64,000 nucleotides of DNA from NCBI GenBank assembly GCA_964408995.1, contig CAYPBP010000003.1, forward strand, positions 14,803 through 78,802. Reading direction: 5' to 3'. Below, piece by piece: positions 1 to 9,606 of this stretch. The stretch comes from an uncultured Gammaproteobacteria bacterium (GTDB lineage Bacteria; Patescibacteriota; Microgenomatia; UBA12405). The translations under genes were made by a program, and so were the position numbers. Under the pieces are notes generated by a model. That model was given only the letters and a program-made list of their open reading frames with translations, searched no databases and was not told the DNA's origin. Every line of letters begins with the position of its first letter. Position 1 is the stretch's first letter.

Positions 1-1234
1 TTAATTCTTCAAAACTAACCAATTTTTGATCAGTGGTGTTTAGGTTTTTAAGCATGATTTGGTTGTTTTTAGCTTCATCTGTACCGATTATGGCTAAATA
101 GGGGATATCTAGACTGATGGCATATTTAATTTGTTTACTTAATTTATCATCGTCTGGATAAACAATAGAACTAATATTTTGATCACGAAGCTTAGAAACT
201 AAAGCCAAAATGTTATTTTGGGTTTCTGGTCCAAAATTAACCACTAAAATTTTGGTTTTTGATTGATTAATTTCTGGTAATAGATTTAATTCTTGAATTA
301 CATCAACAACTCGTTCAAATCCAAAAGCAAAACCAACAGCAGGAATGCTTGGTCCGCCAAGAGTGGAAATTAAATTATCGTAACGACCACCACCACCAAT
401 GGATCCAATTTTTGGCTCCGAGACATTTACTTCAAAAATAGTGCCAGTGTAATAATCACAACCACGGACAAGAGTTGGATCAAAGACATAACTGTCGTCT
501 GGTAAATTCATGGCTTTTAAATTGGCAAAAACTTGCTCTAAAAATTCGTCTGGTTTAGCATTTTTTATGTTGTCAAAGAGGTTCTTGATTTGGGTTTCTG
601 ATAGACCTTTAGAAATGAGTTCATTTTTTACTCCATCTTGACCGATTTTGTCGATTTTATCGAGACTTTGAAGAGTAGAGTTTTGGTCATTTTCAATGCC
701 ACTTTTGGCTAAAATGTCGAATAAAACTTGACGACTATTGACTTTTATAATGGCATTTTTGAAATTTAATTTTTTAGTGCCAGTGTAAATTATGGAAATA
801 ATTTCGGCGTCGGCAATAGGGGATGAAGATCCAAAAATATCAATATCGCATTGGACGAATTCTCGATAACGACCTCTTTGAGTGTTTTCAGCTCGCCAAA
901 CTGGTTGAACTTGATAACGCTTAAAAGGAAGTTGGATTTCGTTTGAGTACATGGCTAAAACTTTGGCGGCAGGCACAGTTAAGTCATAACGAAGCCCGAT
1001 TTCTCGGTCGCCATTATCTTTAAAGAAATAGCCTAATTTATCGTCAGTTTCGTTGCTGTATTTGCCTTTTAAAACTGAAGCATATTCCAAAGCTGGGGTT
1101 TCTAGAGGTAGAAATCCAAAATTTTCAAAAATCTCAGTTAGAGTGTTTTTGACAAAGTTTCGAGTTGCCATTTCTTTTGGCATAAAATCTCTAAAACCCT
1201 TTAATGTTTGTGGTTTAATATTTGATTGATTCAT
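1..1234 (-). CDS. hisS: histidine--tRNA ligase; partial, the C-terminal end runs off the window start
   Basis: Minus-strand translation from ATG at 1234..1232 reads MNQSNIKPQTLKGFRDFMPKE... and later ...GSIGGGGRYDNLIS (class II aaRS motif 3, HisRS-like); no stop before position 1; absent from ORF track because truncated. Confidence 0.75.
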   Translation of the reverse strand, partial: MNQSNIKPQTLKGFRDFMPKEMATRNFVKNTLTEIFENFGFLPLETPALEYASVLKGKYSNETDDKLGYFFKDNGDREIGLRYDLTVPAAKVLAMYSNEIQLPFKRYQVQPVWRAENTQRGRYREFVQCDIDIFGSSSPIADAEIISIIYTGTKKLNFKNAIIKVNSRQVLFDILAKSGIENDQNSTLQSLDKIDKIGQDGVKNELISKGLSETQIKNLFDNIKNAKPDEFLEQVFANLKAMNLPDDSYVFDPTLVRGCDYYTGTIFEVNVSEPKIGSIGGGGRYDNLISTLGGPSIPAVGFAFGFERVVDVIQELNLLPEINQSKTKILVVNFGPETQNNILALVSKLRDQNISSIVYPDDDKLSKQIKYAISLDIPYLAIIGTDEAKNNQIMLKNLNTTDQKLVSFEEL

Positions 1235-1680
1235 AGTTGAATTTTAACATTTAATAAATCGTTTATATTACTAACCTGAAGTATGCCTATTTTTATTTTT
1301 CCAAAATAAACAAATGATATTTTGGCATTTTTGGCTGTTAAATAATCTTTTTTAGTATTACCAAGATAATAGATTTTAGATGGATTTATTAATTTGGTTA
1401 AATTATTAATTGCCTTTGGATTGGGTTTTTTAGGTAAATTATTATTGGCAGTAATTATTAATTCATTTCTAAATAAATTTTTAGATAAATTTAATTTTTT
1501 GAAAATATTTGTAGTTTCTGCTTTAGTGGCACCAGTAAATAAAGCAAAAATAAAATTTTTCTTTTGAAGTTTATATAAACTATCTAAAGATCCGTTTAAA
1601 ACAGGAGGTCTCATTTTTTTAACAAGTGTTCCTTGTAGATCAAAAATTAATAATTTTTTATTTGTCATAAAGATTCCCAC
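1231..1680 (-). CDS. HAD-superfamily hydrolase
   Basis: N-terminal LLIFDLQGTL matches HAD motif I (DxDGTL-like); small size typical of HAD phosphatases. Confidence 0.5.
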   Translation of the reverse strand: MGIFMTNKKLLIFDLQGTLVKKMRPPVLNGSLDSLYKLQKKNFIFALFTGATKAETTNIFKKLNLSKNLFRNELIITANNNLPKKPNPKAINNLTKLINPSKIYYLGNTKKDYLTAKNAKISFVYFGKIKIGILQVSNINDLLNVKIQL

Positions 1681-2969
1681 TTAATAGGTAAATTATAACC
1701 AGAGTCATTAATCATTGGATTAGTTGAATAAGTAGCTAGGATACCAGCAATTTCATTTCCAATTATCCAAATATTAAGTTTTTCAAATAATTTTTCTGGA
1801 CAAGTAATTATTTTAGTTTTTGTATTAATACATACTATGTCTTTGGTTTCAGAATAAGTAGTTGGTTGAAATACATAATTTTTAAAATTTTCTAAATCTG
1901 GAAAATTATTTTCTTTAAATATTTGAACTCCTTTAAGTGATTCTGATCGTATTGGTTTTACAATGAATTCCACATTTTTTGGTGGTGAATTAGTGGTTTT
2001 AACAAACAAATCTGGTCTTTTTTGACTTATATCTATTAAGGTATCTTTTTGATCAAAAGAATCAAGTTGAATTGGTGAAAGAATTAATCCATTTTTTTGA
2101 GCAATTTTAATCTTGTTAATACTAGATATTTCTTCTTCATTGGCCATAGAAAAAGATCCATTTAAATAAACCATTGAAACATCGACTCCTTTAACAGTAA
2201 GAGAGTTGTTTTCATTTAACGCAACATCTCTTATAGATGATATTTGGATATTATCAAAAAAAGAAGTTGATGATAAATAATTAGCAAAACCAAACATTTC
2301 ATCTTTTTTACAGCCATTTGAGGACCGACAATATAATAGAGCAATTTTTTTATTTTTTGTATTCAATTTACTTAAATTTTCAGTTATTAATTTTGTTGGA
2401 GTTTTTTCATTTGATGAATTTTGAATATTATAAACTTCATTAAATGATTGAAGTGCTCCAATGTTGTCAATCCAACATGGGTTTATTTCTATTATTCTTA
2501 TAGAATTATCCTTTTGTCTAATAGCATCAATTCTAGCCATGGGGATACCATTTGATATATTTGATTCATCAATTGAATTTGTAAAACCCCATATGATTTG
2601 AGGTAAATCTGATGGTATTTTAATAGAATCTGGATAGTAATTTTTATTTTTAGGAAAAGCAAAATTAAAAACGTAGTCACCGTAACTACATTTTCTTTCT
2701 TTTAGTCCAGTCCAAACTTGTGATGCTTTTTCTAAAATATTAACATCTAAATTATCAGGATTTGATAATTTATCTACTATTTTTTGTTATTCTTGAACAC
2801 GCCAACTTGCTTGACGAGTACATATTTCTTTAAGTAAATTTTGTTGTTTTGGGCTTATTGTTTCTCTTAATTGACAAATATATGGATCTGTTGGAATAGA
2901 CTCTTGTTGAGACAATGTCTTTTTTAAATCTATAAATTGATTAACTGTTGGATATATTATTTCTTTCAT
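1665..2969 (-). pseudogene. ATP-grasp / glutathionylspermidine-synthase-like protein interrupted by an in-frame TAA (ORFs 2787..2969 and 1665..2540 are in the same frame)
   Basis: Stop of ORF 2787..2969 (TAA at 2787-2789) is followed by 82 stop-free codons in the same frame running into the M of ORF 1665..2540; ARIDAI...IEINPCW resembles the GspS/ATP-grasp core. Confidence 0.4.
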
Positions 2970-3242
2970 AATTTTATTTTTTAATTTTTAACAAATAATC
3001 TCGCATTAGCGGGATTTCTATATATAGAAACACTAAAAATCCCCGCGGGGAGCGGGGATTTGTAAGTTTAATAAAATTGTTTTCAGGCGGCCAAAAACCC
3101 CGCGGATTTGACAGCCACGGTATGTCGATGGTTTAAAATATTTATTTTTAATTTCATTTTATTTTGTTTAAGTAAATATATCCTTATAATTTAGGATAAT
3201 CTGTTCCGCTACGCGGAACAGATCTTTAATAAAACTTACTTA

Positions 3243-3320
3243 TGGGGTGGTATACCGGACTTGAACCGGCAACCTCAGCTTTCACAGAGCTGCGCTCTAA
3301 CCAATTGAGCTAATACCACC
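3243..3320 (-). tRNA. tRNA-His (anticodon GTG) with encoded G-1 and 3' CCA
   Basis: Cloverleaf readable by eye: acceptor GTGGTAT/ATACCAC, D-arm GCTC-AATTGGTTA-GAGC, anticodon loop CTGTGAA, T-loop TTCAAGT, discriminator C, extra 5' G. Confidence 0.85.
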
Positions 3321-3580
3321 ATATATTTGGTTAATATGGTCTAACCAATTGACCTGCCCGCAGTTCCTAAGCAACAGCTTTTGCAGGCGGGGCTAATACC
3401 ACCATGTATTGTTAATTATATCTGATTATTTTGCCTTGCGGTTGCGGGTAATTTTGGTATAAAAAACCCGCCGGTTGGCGGGAAACAGACATGTTTAAAC
3501 CACCAACCTTAAAAGTTAGTGTGATGATGGTTTGAGATTAAACATGTTTTAATCATTGGTGGTATTGTATCATAAATAGT

Positions 3581-4303
3581 ATGAATATAAAAAAAATAAA
3601 AGTTGGGGTTTGGATTTTGGAAATTGATTTAGATGGTGGGAGAATTGTTAGTTTGAAAAAGAGTGACGAACTAGTATTGGGTACTTTTCAAAGGATTGAT
3701 GAAAAAAAAGGAAATACCCATGTTTGTGTGCCTAATTTTGGTGAAGAAGGAATGGAAAAATATGAGTTACCATTTCATGGACCATCTAGAAATGAAGAAT
3801 GGATTTTGGTTGAAGAAACAGAAAATAAACTTAAAATAAGTTATGAGTTTAGAGCTACAGAGAAATATCTAAGTAATCTATTAATAGAACAAGAGTTTAA
3901 TTTAGAAAATGGGTTTAACCATAAAGTGACGGTTAAAAATATTGGTGGGAAAGATGTACCAGTTAATGTGGCAATTCATAATTATTGGGTAGTAAACAAT
4001 GGTTGGTTAGGTTTACGAATTAATGATGTTGATGTTGGTCAGATTGTTAAAGATGATGATTATTTTGACGTTGGAAGTGAAAATATAATTTTATTTCCGG
4101 ATTCTAGAAAATTTAATTTTAATTTGAAAGGTTTTAATTGTGTGAGGTTATGGACTGGAAGGAAAGGGGAAGGAAAGAATATTGTTTATGATGAGAGCTA
4201 CGTTTGTATTGAACCAGCAATAGGGCAAAATGGTTTTTTTGAAAGTGAAGAGAGTATTTTGAAAGTGGGAGAAACTAGAGAGGTGGAACAAACTATATTT
4301 TAG
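3581..4303 (+). CDS. aldose 1-epimerase (galactose mutarotase-like) family protein
   Basis: PFHGPSRNEEW and C-terminal CIEP motifs typical of the aldose-1-epimerase fold. Confidence 0.5.
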   Translation: MNIKKIKVGVWILEIDLDGGRIVSLKKSDELVLGTFQRIDEKKGNTHVCVPNFGEEGMEKYELPFHGPSRNEEWILVEETENKLKISYEFRATEKYLSNLLIEQEFNLENGFNHKVTVKNIGGKDVPVNVAIHNYWVVNNGWLGLRINDVDVGQIVKDDDYFDVGSENIILFPDSRKFNFNLKGFNCVRLWTGRKGEGKNIVYDESYVCIEPAIGQNGFFESEESILKVGETREVEQTIF

Positions 4304-4962
4304 TTTTGGGGGGTGTCAGTGTCAAAGGTAATTATTTTTGAAACGTAGAAAGTTTTGGCAATTTTAGTATCTGGTTTTATTACAACAATTATTTTTTGAC
4401 CTGATTTGAGCTTATCCATAGTTAAATTATTATTGTTTTTATCTACTATTTCAGTTTTATCATCAGTTTTAATTTGATATTGAGCTTCTTTGTTTTTTAT
4501 AGGAATTAAGACAAAGATGGGGGATGATTTAGAAATATCAACGATTTTTCCTAAAATTATTTCATTTTTGTTTTCAATAGTTTTTAGGTCAGTAATAACA
4601 ATTCTTTTAGCTTCAAAAGTATCTGCAGTTAGATAACCCATAGCTAAAATATCTTGTCCAGCTTTAATGTTTTCTATTTTTGTTTTATTTTTTTTGGTAT
4701 CTATAAAGACAGTATCAAGGGTGAAACTGATAGTTTTAGTTTCATTTTTATGATTTAGAGTAATTTGAGTATCGTCGATTTTGGTAATAGTGCCAATGAT
4801 TGATCTTGGAATAGTTGAATCTATTAATACTTTTTCTCCACTAACTTTTTGTTTAACTTTATCTAGGATAACTTGAGTTTTATCAGTAACAGTGGTGGCT
4901 TCTTGTGAAAATGAAGTATTAGGGAATATTAAAGAAAGAAAGAGAAATAAAAATAAATACAT
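4300..4962 (-). CDS. secreted hypothetical protein (signal peptide)
   Basis: N-terminal MYLFLFLFLSLIFPNTSFSQE signal-like segment; no recognisable domain. Confidence 0.4.
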   Translation of the reverse strand: MYLFLFLFLSLIFPNTSFSQEATTVTDKTQVILDKVKQKVSGEKVLIDSTIPRSIIGTITKIDDTQITLNHKNETKTISFTLDTVFIDTKKNKTKIENIKAGQDILAMGYLTADTFEAKRIVITDLKTIENKNEIILGKIVDISKSSPIFVLIPIKNKEAQYQIKTDDKTEIVDKNNNNLTMDKLKSGQKIIVVIKPDTKIAKTFYVSKIITFDTDTPQN

Positions 4963-4963
4963 A

Positions 4964-5446
4964 TTATATTTTAGCAGTTGAATAAGTAAGATTTAATTCG
5001 ATTTGTTCTTGATTATCTTCAGCATCGATACTATTAATTTTAATTAAGTTTATACCACTATCAAGTTCGATGTTGATACTGAAAGTACCATTGGCATTAG
5101 ATTTACTATTAAAAGTTTTACTGGGAGTGGAAATAATAATTAAACTGTTGGCTTTACTTTCTCCTTTTATGGTTACTTTGGAATTGGAGACAACACTATT
5201 ATTTTCTGGAGAATTAACAACTATTGAAGTTTTGGTTGATGATATAGATTGATTTGGCAAAGCAGAATTATCTACATCATTCGTTTCGGTAGACATTTGA
5301 ATTTCGGTGATAGTTGGAGTTGGAGAGACTTCAATACTGGCTTGGTTATTAGTGTTCTTGCTTTTATTGAGAGCAAAAAAAGCTCCGGTAACACCAAATC
5401 CTAAAATTGCCCCTAGAGTGATAGCTAAAAATAATTCTTTTATCAT
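4964..5446 (-). CDS. membrane-anchored Ser/Thr-rich surface protein, hypothetical
   Basis: N-terminal TM helix followed by S/T/N-rich low-complexity region. Confidence 0.4.
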   Translation of the reverse strand: MIKELFLAITLGAILGFGVTGAFFALNKSKNTNNQASIEVSPTPTITEIQMSTETNDVDNSALPNQSISSTKTSIVVNSPENNSVVSNSKVTIKGESKANSLIIISTPSKTFNSKSNANGTFSINIELDSGINLIKINSIDAEDNQEQIELNLTYSTAKI

Positions 5447-6082
5447 TTGACTATCTTAAATGATATCACAAATAATCAAAAGTTGATGATAGAATTAGAT
5501 TATATGGAAATTAAAGTTTTAGAAAATCAATCAATTTATTTTAAAGGTAAAAAAGAGAATGTCTTTGTTAATCCAAACGAGGGTGACAGAGAAGATTCTA
5601 AATATCCTTCCAGAATTTTTTTATTTACAGCTGAAAAATATGATGGAATGGGTTTTGAAGGAGACAAGATTTTAATCAGAGCTCCAGGTGAGTATGAAGT
5701 TGGTGGAGTAGAAATAAATGGTTATAATGCTGGAAATGAAAATACAATTTATGTTTTTAATCTTGACGGGATTAAGGTAGTGGTCTTGGGTGAGCTAGAA
5801 GAAGCTTTGAGTGATAAAAGAATTGAAAAAATAGATTCAGCTGATGTTTTACTCGCTCCAGTTTTAATTAAAGATAGTGCTAGTGGCAAATTGGTTTTAG
5901 ATTGGGCTAAAAAATGGGGAGTTAATTATCTAATTCCAATGGGTTACGATAAAGATAAGACTATTCTAGATAATTTTTTAGATCAAGCTGATCAAGAAGG
6001 ATTAGAAGCAATTGAAAGCTTGAAAGTTGACAAAGATGATTTGCCAGATGGCTTAGAGATAAAAGTATTAAAAAAGGTATAA
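5447..6082 (+). CDS. hypothetical protein, MBL-fold-like (COG2220-like layout) but contains no histidine
   Basis: GDKILI...DVLLAPV...YLIPMGY resembles beta-lactamase-fold hydrolases, yet the sequence has zero His, so it is probably non-catalytic. Confidence 0.3.
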   Translation: MTILNDITNNQKLMIELDYMEIKVLENQSIYFKGKKENVFVNPNEGDREDSKYPSRIFLFTAEKYDGMGFEGDKILIRAPGEYEVGGVEINGYNAGNENTIYVFNLDGIKVVVLGELEEALSDKRIEKIDSADVLLAPVLIKDSASGKLVLDWAKKWGVNYLIPMGYDKDKTILDNFLDQADQEGLEAIESLKVDKDDLPDGLEIKVLKKV

Positions 6083-6089
6083 TACAGCT

Positions 6090-7397
6090 ATGACCACAGA
6101 AGCAATCAGATTGCCGCCTAGCTCTGAAGAAGCTGAAGTTTGCGTATTAGGATCGATTTTAATTGATAATGATGCGGTTTTAGCAGTATCCGAATTTTTA
6201 AGACCAGAACATTTTTATAATTCAAATTATTCCAAGATTTATGAAGCTATGATGAAGCTTTATGAAGACAGGATGCCGATTGATATAGTGACAGTATCGG
6301 AAAAATTAAAAGAACTTAAAGTTTTAAAAAATATTGGGGGAAAAGGGTTTTTAACTAGATTAGCATCAGAAGTGCCAACATCAGCTAATGTGGAAAGTTA
6401 TGGACATATTATTAAATCTTTGTCAGCTAAAAGAGAATTAATTTCGGCGGCTGGAAGAATTAGTGAAAAATCTTTTGATCCAAGTACTCCTGCTGATCAA
6501 TTATTAGATATGGCAGAGCAGGAGATTTTTTCTTTGTCTCAAAGACATTTAAAATCTATTCCAACTTCTTTAAAAGAAGTTTTAACAGCTAGTTTTGATA
6601 GGTTAGATGAATTGCAGAAATTAGGAACTGGTCTTAGGGGAATTCCAAGTGGTTTTAAGGGTTTGGATAATATTTTGGCAGGTATGCAGGATAGTAATTT
6701 ATTAATTTTGGCAGCACGACCAGGGGTAGGTAAAACAGCTTTTGGATTGAATATTGCTCGCTATGTGGCAGTTGAAAAGAAATTACCAGTTTGTGTCTTT
6801 TCTTTGGAAATGAGTAAAGAAGAATTAGTTGATCGTTTGTTGGTAAGGCAAGGATTAATAGATGCTTGGAAATTAAAGACTGGTCAATTATCAACTAATG
6901 ACTTTGATGCCTTATCTGAAGCTATGGGAGTATTAGCTGAGGCTCCACTTTATATTGATGATACTCCAGGCATGACAGTAACTGAATTGAGAACAAAAGC
7001 TAGAAGGCTTCAAGTTGATAAAGGTATCAAATTGATTGTGGTTGATTATTTGCAATTAATGCATGGAAGTACTAGAGATAATCGAGTTCAAGAAGTGTCA
7101 GAAATTTCTCAGGGATTAAAAAATTTAGCTCGTGAATTAAAAGTTCCAATTTTAGCACTAGCTCAATTATCTAGGGCCATGGAGGCTAGGGGGGGAAAGC
7201 CAAGATTGTCAGATTTAAGAGAATCGGGAAGTATTGAACAAGATGCTGATGTGGTTTTCTTTCTCTCAAGAGAGGATGAAGAAGTTAGAGAATTGGTGAC
7301 TTGTAGTATTGAAAAACACCGAAATGGTCCAACAGGTAGTTTTAATTTGTATTTCAACGGTAAACAGGTGAGTTTCTTTGATGTAGAGAAGAAATAA
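6090..7397 (+). CDS. dnaB: replicative DNA helicase DnaB
   Basis: N-terminal DnaB domain (EAEVCVLGSILID), Walker A ARPGVGKTAFGLNIA, SLEMS, DYLQLM motifs. Confidence 0.95.
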   Translation: MTTEAIRLPPSSEEAEVCVLGSILIDNDAVLAVSEFLRPEHFYNSNYSKIYEAMMKLYEDRMPIDIVTVSEKLKELKVLKNIGGKGFLTRLASEVPTSANVESYGHIIKSLSAKRELISAAGRISEKSFDPSTPADQLLDMAEQEIFSLSQRHLKSIPTSLKEVLTASFDRLDELQKLGTGLRGIPSGFKGLDNILAGMQDSNLLILAARPGVGKTAFGLNIARYVAVEKKLPVCVFSLEMSKEELVDRLLVRQGLIDAWKLKTGQLSTNDFDALSEAMGVLAEAPLYIDDTPGMTVTELRTKARRLQVDKGIKLIVVDYLQLMHGSTRDNRVQEVSEISQGLKNLARELKVPILALAQLSRAMEARGGKPRLSDLRESGSIEQDADVVFFLSREDEEVRELVTCSIEKHRNGPTGSFNLYFNGKQVSFFDVEKK

Positions 7398-7420
7398 TTG
7401 TGAGATAATATCTTTACTTC

Positions 7421-7504
7421 GCCGGAGTGGTGGAATTGGTAGACACGCACGACTCAAAATCGTGTGATAGCGATATCATGGGGGTTCGATTCCCTCCTTC
7501 GGCA
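7421..7504 (+). tRNA. tRNA-Leu (anticodon CAA), long variable arm, CCA not encoded
   Basis: Acceptor GCCGGAG/CTTCGGC (one G-U), anticodon loop CTCAAAA, extended variable arm, T-loop TTCGATT. Confidence 0.8.
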
Positions 7505-7538
7505 CATAAATAAGAATCTAATAATGGTAAAATAGATT

Positions 7539-8195
7539 ATGAGCTTAGGAATATTAAGAATCTTTGGAATAATACTTTTTGCTTATTTAACATGGAGAAA
7601 TTTGAGAGAAAATTACGAAGAGAATGAAGTGGTAAGCTATTCATGGATAGCCTTACTTAGTTTTTTTGTGGGTGGTAGAATTATTTACGGATTGGCTAAT
7701 TTTGGAGTTTGGAATGATAGTTGGTTGAGTTGGTTTTCGGTATGGGATAAACCAGGTATGAGTTATGTTGGTGGATTTATGGTTTTGATTTTGGTTAACT
7801 TTATTTTTTCTAAAGTAAACAGTTGGAAGTTTTTTCCTTTTTGTGAAGATAGTTTAGGTAATATTTTGATTTTCTTGGGATTTTTAATGGGGGATGAGTT
7901 TTTAAGAACAAAATTTGATTTTAAAGTTGGAATTTATTTATTGTTTGTAGTGCTGTCGTTTTTATTTTTGAAACTGATGAAGAATAAATATAGATCTTTT
8001 GTTTGGTATAAGAGTGGTAAAAAAGGTTTTGCTTTTTTGGCAACTTGCTTTTTGTTTTTCTTAATTCTTGGATTTTTGGGTTTATATTTTAAGATGGCTT
8101 TGGTTTATTCGGTTTTATATTGGATTGTCGGTTTGATTTCTTTAATTGGATTGTGTATCTTAGGTGAAGTTTTTAATTTTTTAAAAGGGAAATAA
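7539..8195 (+). CDS. lgt: prolipoprotein diacylglyceryl transferase (short form)
   Basis: FFVGGRIIYGL and VWDKPGMSYVGG match Lgt signature blocks (GGRIGY / WDGGMSFHGG); polytopic membrane protein; adjacent to lspA. Confidence 0.6.
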   Translation: MSLGILRIFGIILFAYLTWRNLRENYEENEVVSYSWIALLSFFVGGRIIYGLANFGVWNDSWLSWFSVWDKPGMSYVGGFMVLILVNFIFSKVNSWKFFPFCEDSLGNILIFLGFLMGDEFLRTKFDFKVGIYLLFVVLSFLFLKLMKNKYRSFVWYKSGKKGFAFLATCFLFFLILGFLGLYFKMALVYSVLYWIVGLISLIGLCILGEVFNFLKGK

Positions 8196-8196
8196 T

Positions 8197-8574
8197 ATGA
8201 AAAAAGAAGAAGTATCTTTAAATTTACCAGCCAGATTATTATCACCAATAAAAGAATTTTTGGAGAAACAATTAGTTTTTCTTAAAAGACAAAAAAAACA
8301 ACTTAAAAAAAATGATCCTTTTTTGTTTGAAGAAAGAGCTAGTGAAAATTCTTTTGAAGAAGATTTAGATGAACAAATTGGCCATTTCGATAACGAGATT
8401 CAAGTTAAATTTTTAAGCAAGCAAATTGCTCAAATGAGAACTGCGTTAACCAGAATGAAAATTGGTAAATATGGTGTTTGTGAAAAATGTGGAGTTATAA
8501 TTGACACTGATAGATTGGCTATTAAACCAGACGCAACTACTTGTATCAAGTGTAGCAAAGAAAGCGAATCTTAG
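8197..8574 (+). CDS. DksA/TraR-family C4 zinc-finger protein
   Basis: C-terminal CEKCGVIID...CIKC four-Cys finger preceded by a coiled-coil region. Confidence 0.7.
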   Translation: MKKEEVSLNLPARLLSPIKEFLEKQLVFLKRQKKQLKKNDPFLFEERASENSFEEDLDEQIGHFDNEIQVKFLSKQIAQMRTALTRMKIGKYGVCEKCGVIIDTDRLAIKPDATTCIKCSKESES

Positions 8575-8935
8575 TGAAATGATAGTAAAAAACTATGGTA
8601 TAAGTTTTGGTATAAATGGGAGTTTTTTTATATTTTTGAGTATTATTTTTGTTCTATTGTTTTTAGTTTTAACTTTAAAGGAATGGGGCGGTCCCGCCAA
8701 AAGTTTCGCCCACCGACAGCGTTGCAGTCTTGGCGGGCAAGCATTTAGGCGGGCAGGTTTTGGTCTAATTTTTATTGGTGGTTTTTTGAATTTAATTGAA
8801 AGAATGGTTTTGGGATATGTCAGAGATTATTGGAATTTTTTGGGATTGGGACTTTACAATAATATTAATGATTGGATAATTGGAGTAGGAGTATTAATTT
8901 GTTTAATAAATCTTTTATGCAAGAAGTCAAAATAA
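8501..8935 (+). CDS. lspA: lipoprotein signal peptidase II, carrying an in-frame GC-rich insertion (8688-8765)
   Basis: NYGISFGING (N.GaAFG box) and GGFLNLIERMVLGYVRDYWNF (GG..N..DR / VvDF box); start ambiguous, overlaps the dksA-like gene in another frame. Confidence 0.6.
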   Translation: MTLIDWLLNQTQLLVSSVAKKANLSEMIVKNYGISFGINGSFFIFLSIIFVLLFLVLTLKEWGGPAKSFAHRQRCSLGGQAFRRAGFGLIFIGGFLNLIERMVLGYVRDYWNFLGLGLYNNINDWIIGVGVLICLINLLCKKSK

Positions 8936-9606
8936 TTTTTGAAGACGATGATTTGTTGGTAGTAGAAAAACCAGCAATGATGACCACAACTAAAGAGAAA
9001 AAAGGGGAAGAAGGGACTTTAGAGGATTATATTAGAAAGATAAGACCAAACAACTTATCTAGAAATGGAATTGTTCATAGGTTAGACAAGGGGACTTCTG
9101 GGTTAATTTTAATAGCGAAAAATGAAGCGGCGCTTTTGAATTTTAAAAAACAATTTAAAGAAAGAAAGGTGGTTAAAAAGTATTATTGTTTAGTTTCAGG
9201 AGATGTTTCTTTTGAAGGTAAAGTAGATATGCCAATTGGTAGATCGAAATATAGTTTTGCTAAGTTTGGGGTTAATATTGATGGTAAAAAGGCATTAACT
9301 GAGTTTAGTGTGGTTAAAAAATATAAAAAAGATAATAAAGTTTACAGTCTTTTAGAGGTTAATTTAAAAACTGGAAGAACTCACCAAATTAGAGTTCATT
9401 TGAGTTATTTAAGATGGCCACTATTAGGAGATTTGGTTTATGGTGGAGAAGTTTTGCAAGACAGAACCGGTGTAGTCTTGAAAAGACCATTTTTACATGC
9501 TTATCAGATGATTTTTAAACATCCAGTTAGTAATAAAGAAATTAAGTTAGAAATTGATTTAGCAAGTGATTTAAGAGAATTACTTAAAAAATATGAGGAA
9601 TTATAA
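8872..9606 (+). CDS. RluA-family pseudouridine synthase (probable start at ATG 8917)
   Basis: HRLDKGTSGLILIAKN catalytic motif; LLVVEKPAMM N-terminal block. Confidence 0.8.
   Translation: MDNWSRSINLFNKSFMQEVKIIFEDDDLLVVEKPAMMTTTKEKKGEEGTLEDYIRKIRPNNLSRNGIVHRLDKGTSGLILIAKNEAALLNFKKQFKERKVVKKYYCLVSGDVSFEGKVDMPIGRSKYSFAKFGVNIDGKKALTEFSVVKKYKKDNKVYSLLEVNLKTGRTHQIRVHLSYLRWPLLGDLVYGGEVLQDRTGVVLKRPFLHAYQMIFKHPVSNKEIKLEIDLASDLRELLKKYEEL

Noticed and set aside
1231-1233. Alternative genetic code (UGA recoding as in Gracilibacteria/SR1)
   Set aside because: Several well-supported genes terminate at TGA (for example ORF 1231..1680 and 47666..48238), and conserved proteins do not need read-through of TGA.
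2498-2680. ORF 2498..2680 (60 aa)
   Set aside because: Out-of-frame overlap with the continuous ATP-grasp-like reading frame; hydrophobic low-complexity product; spurious.
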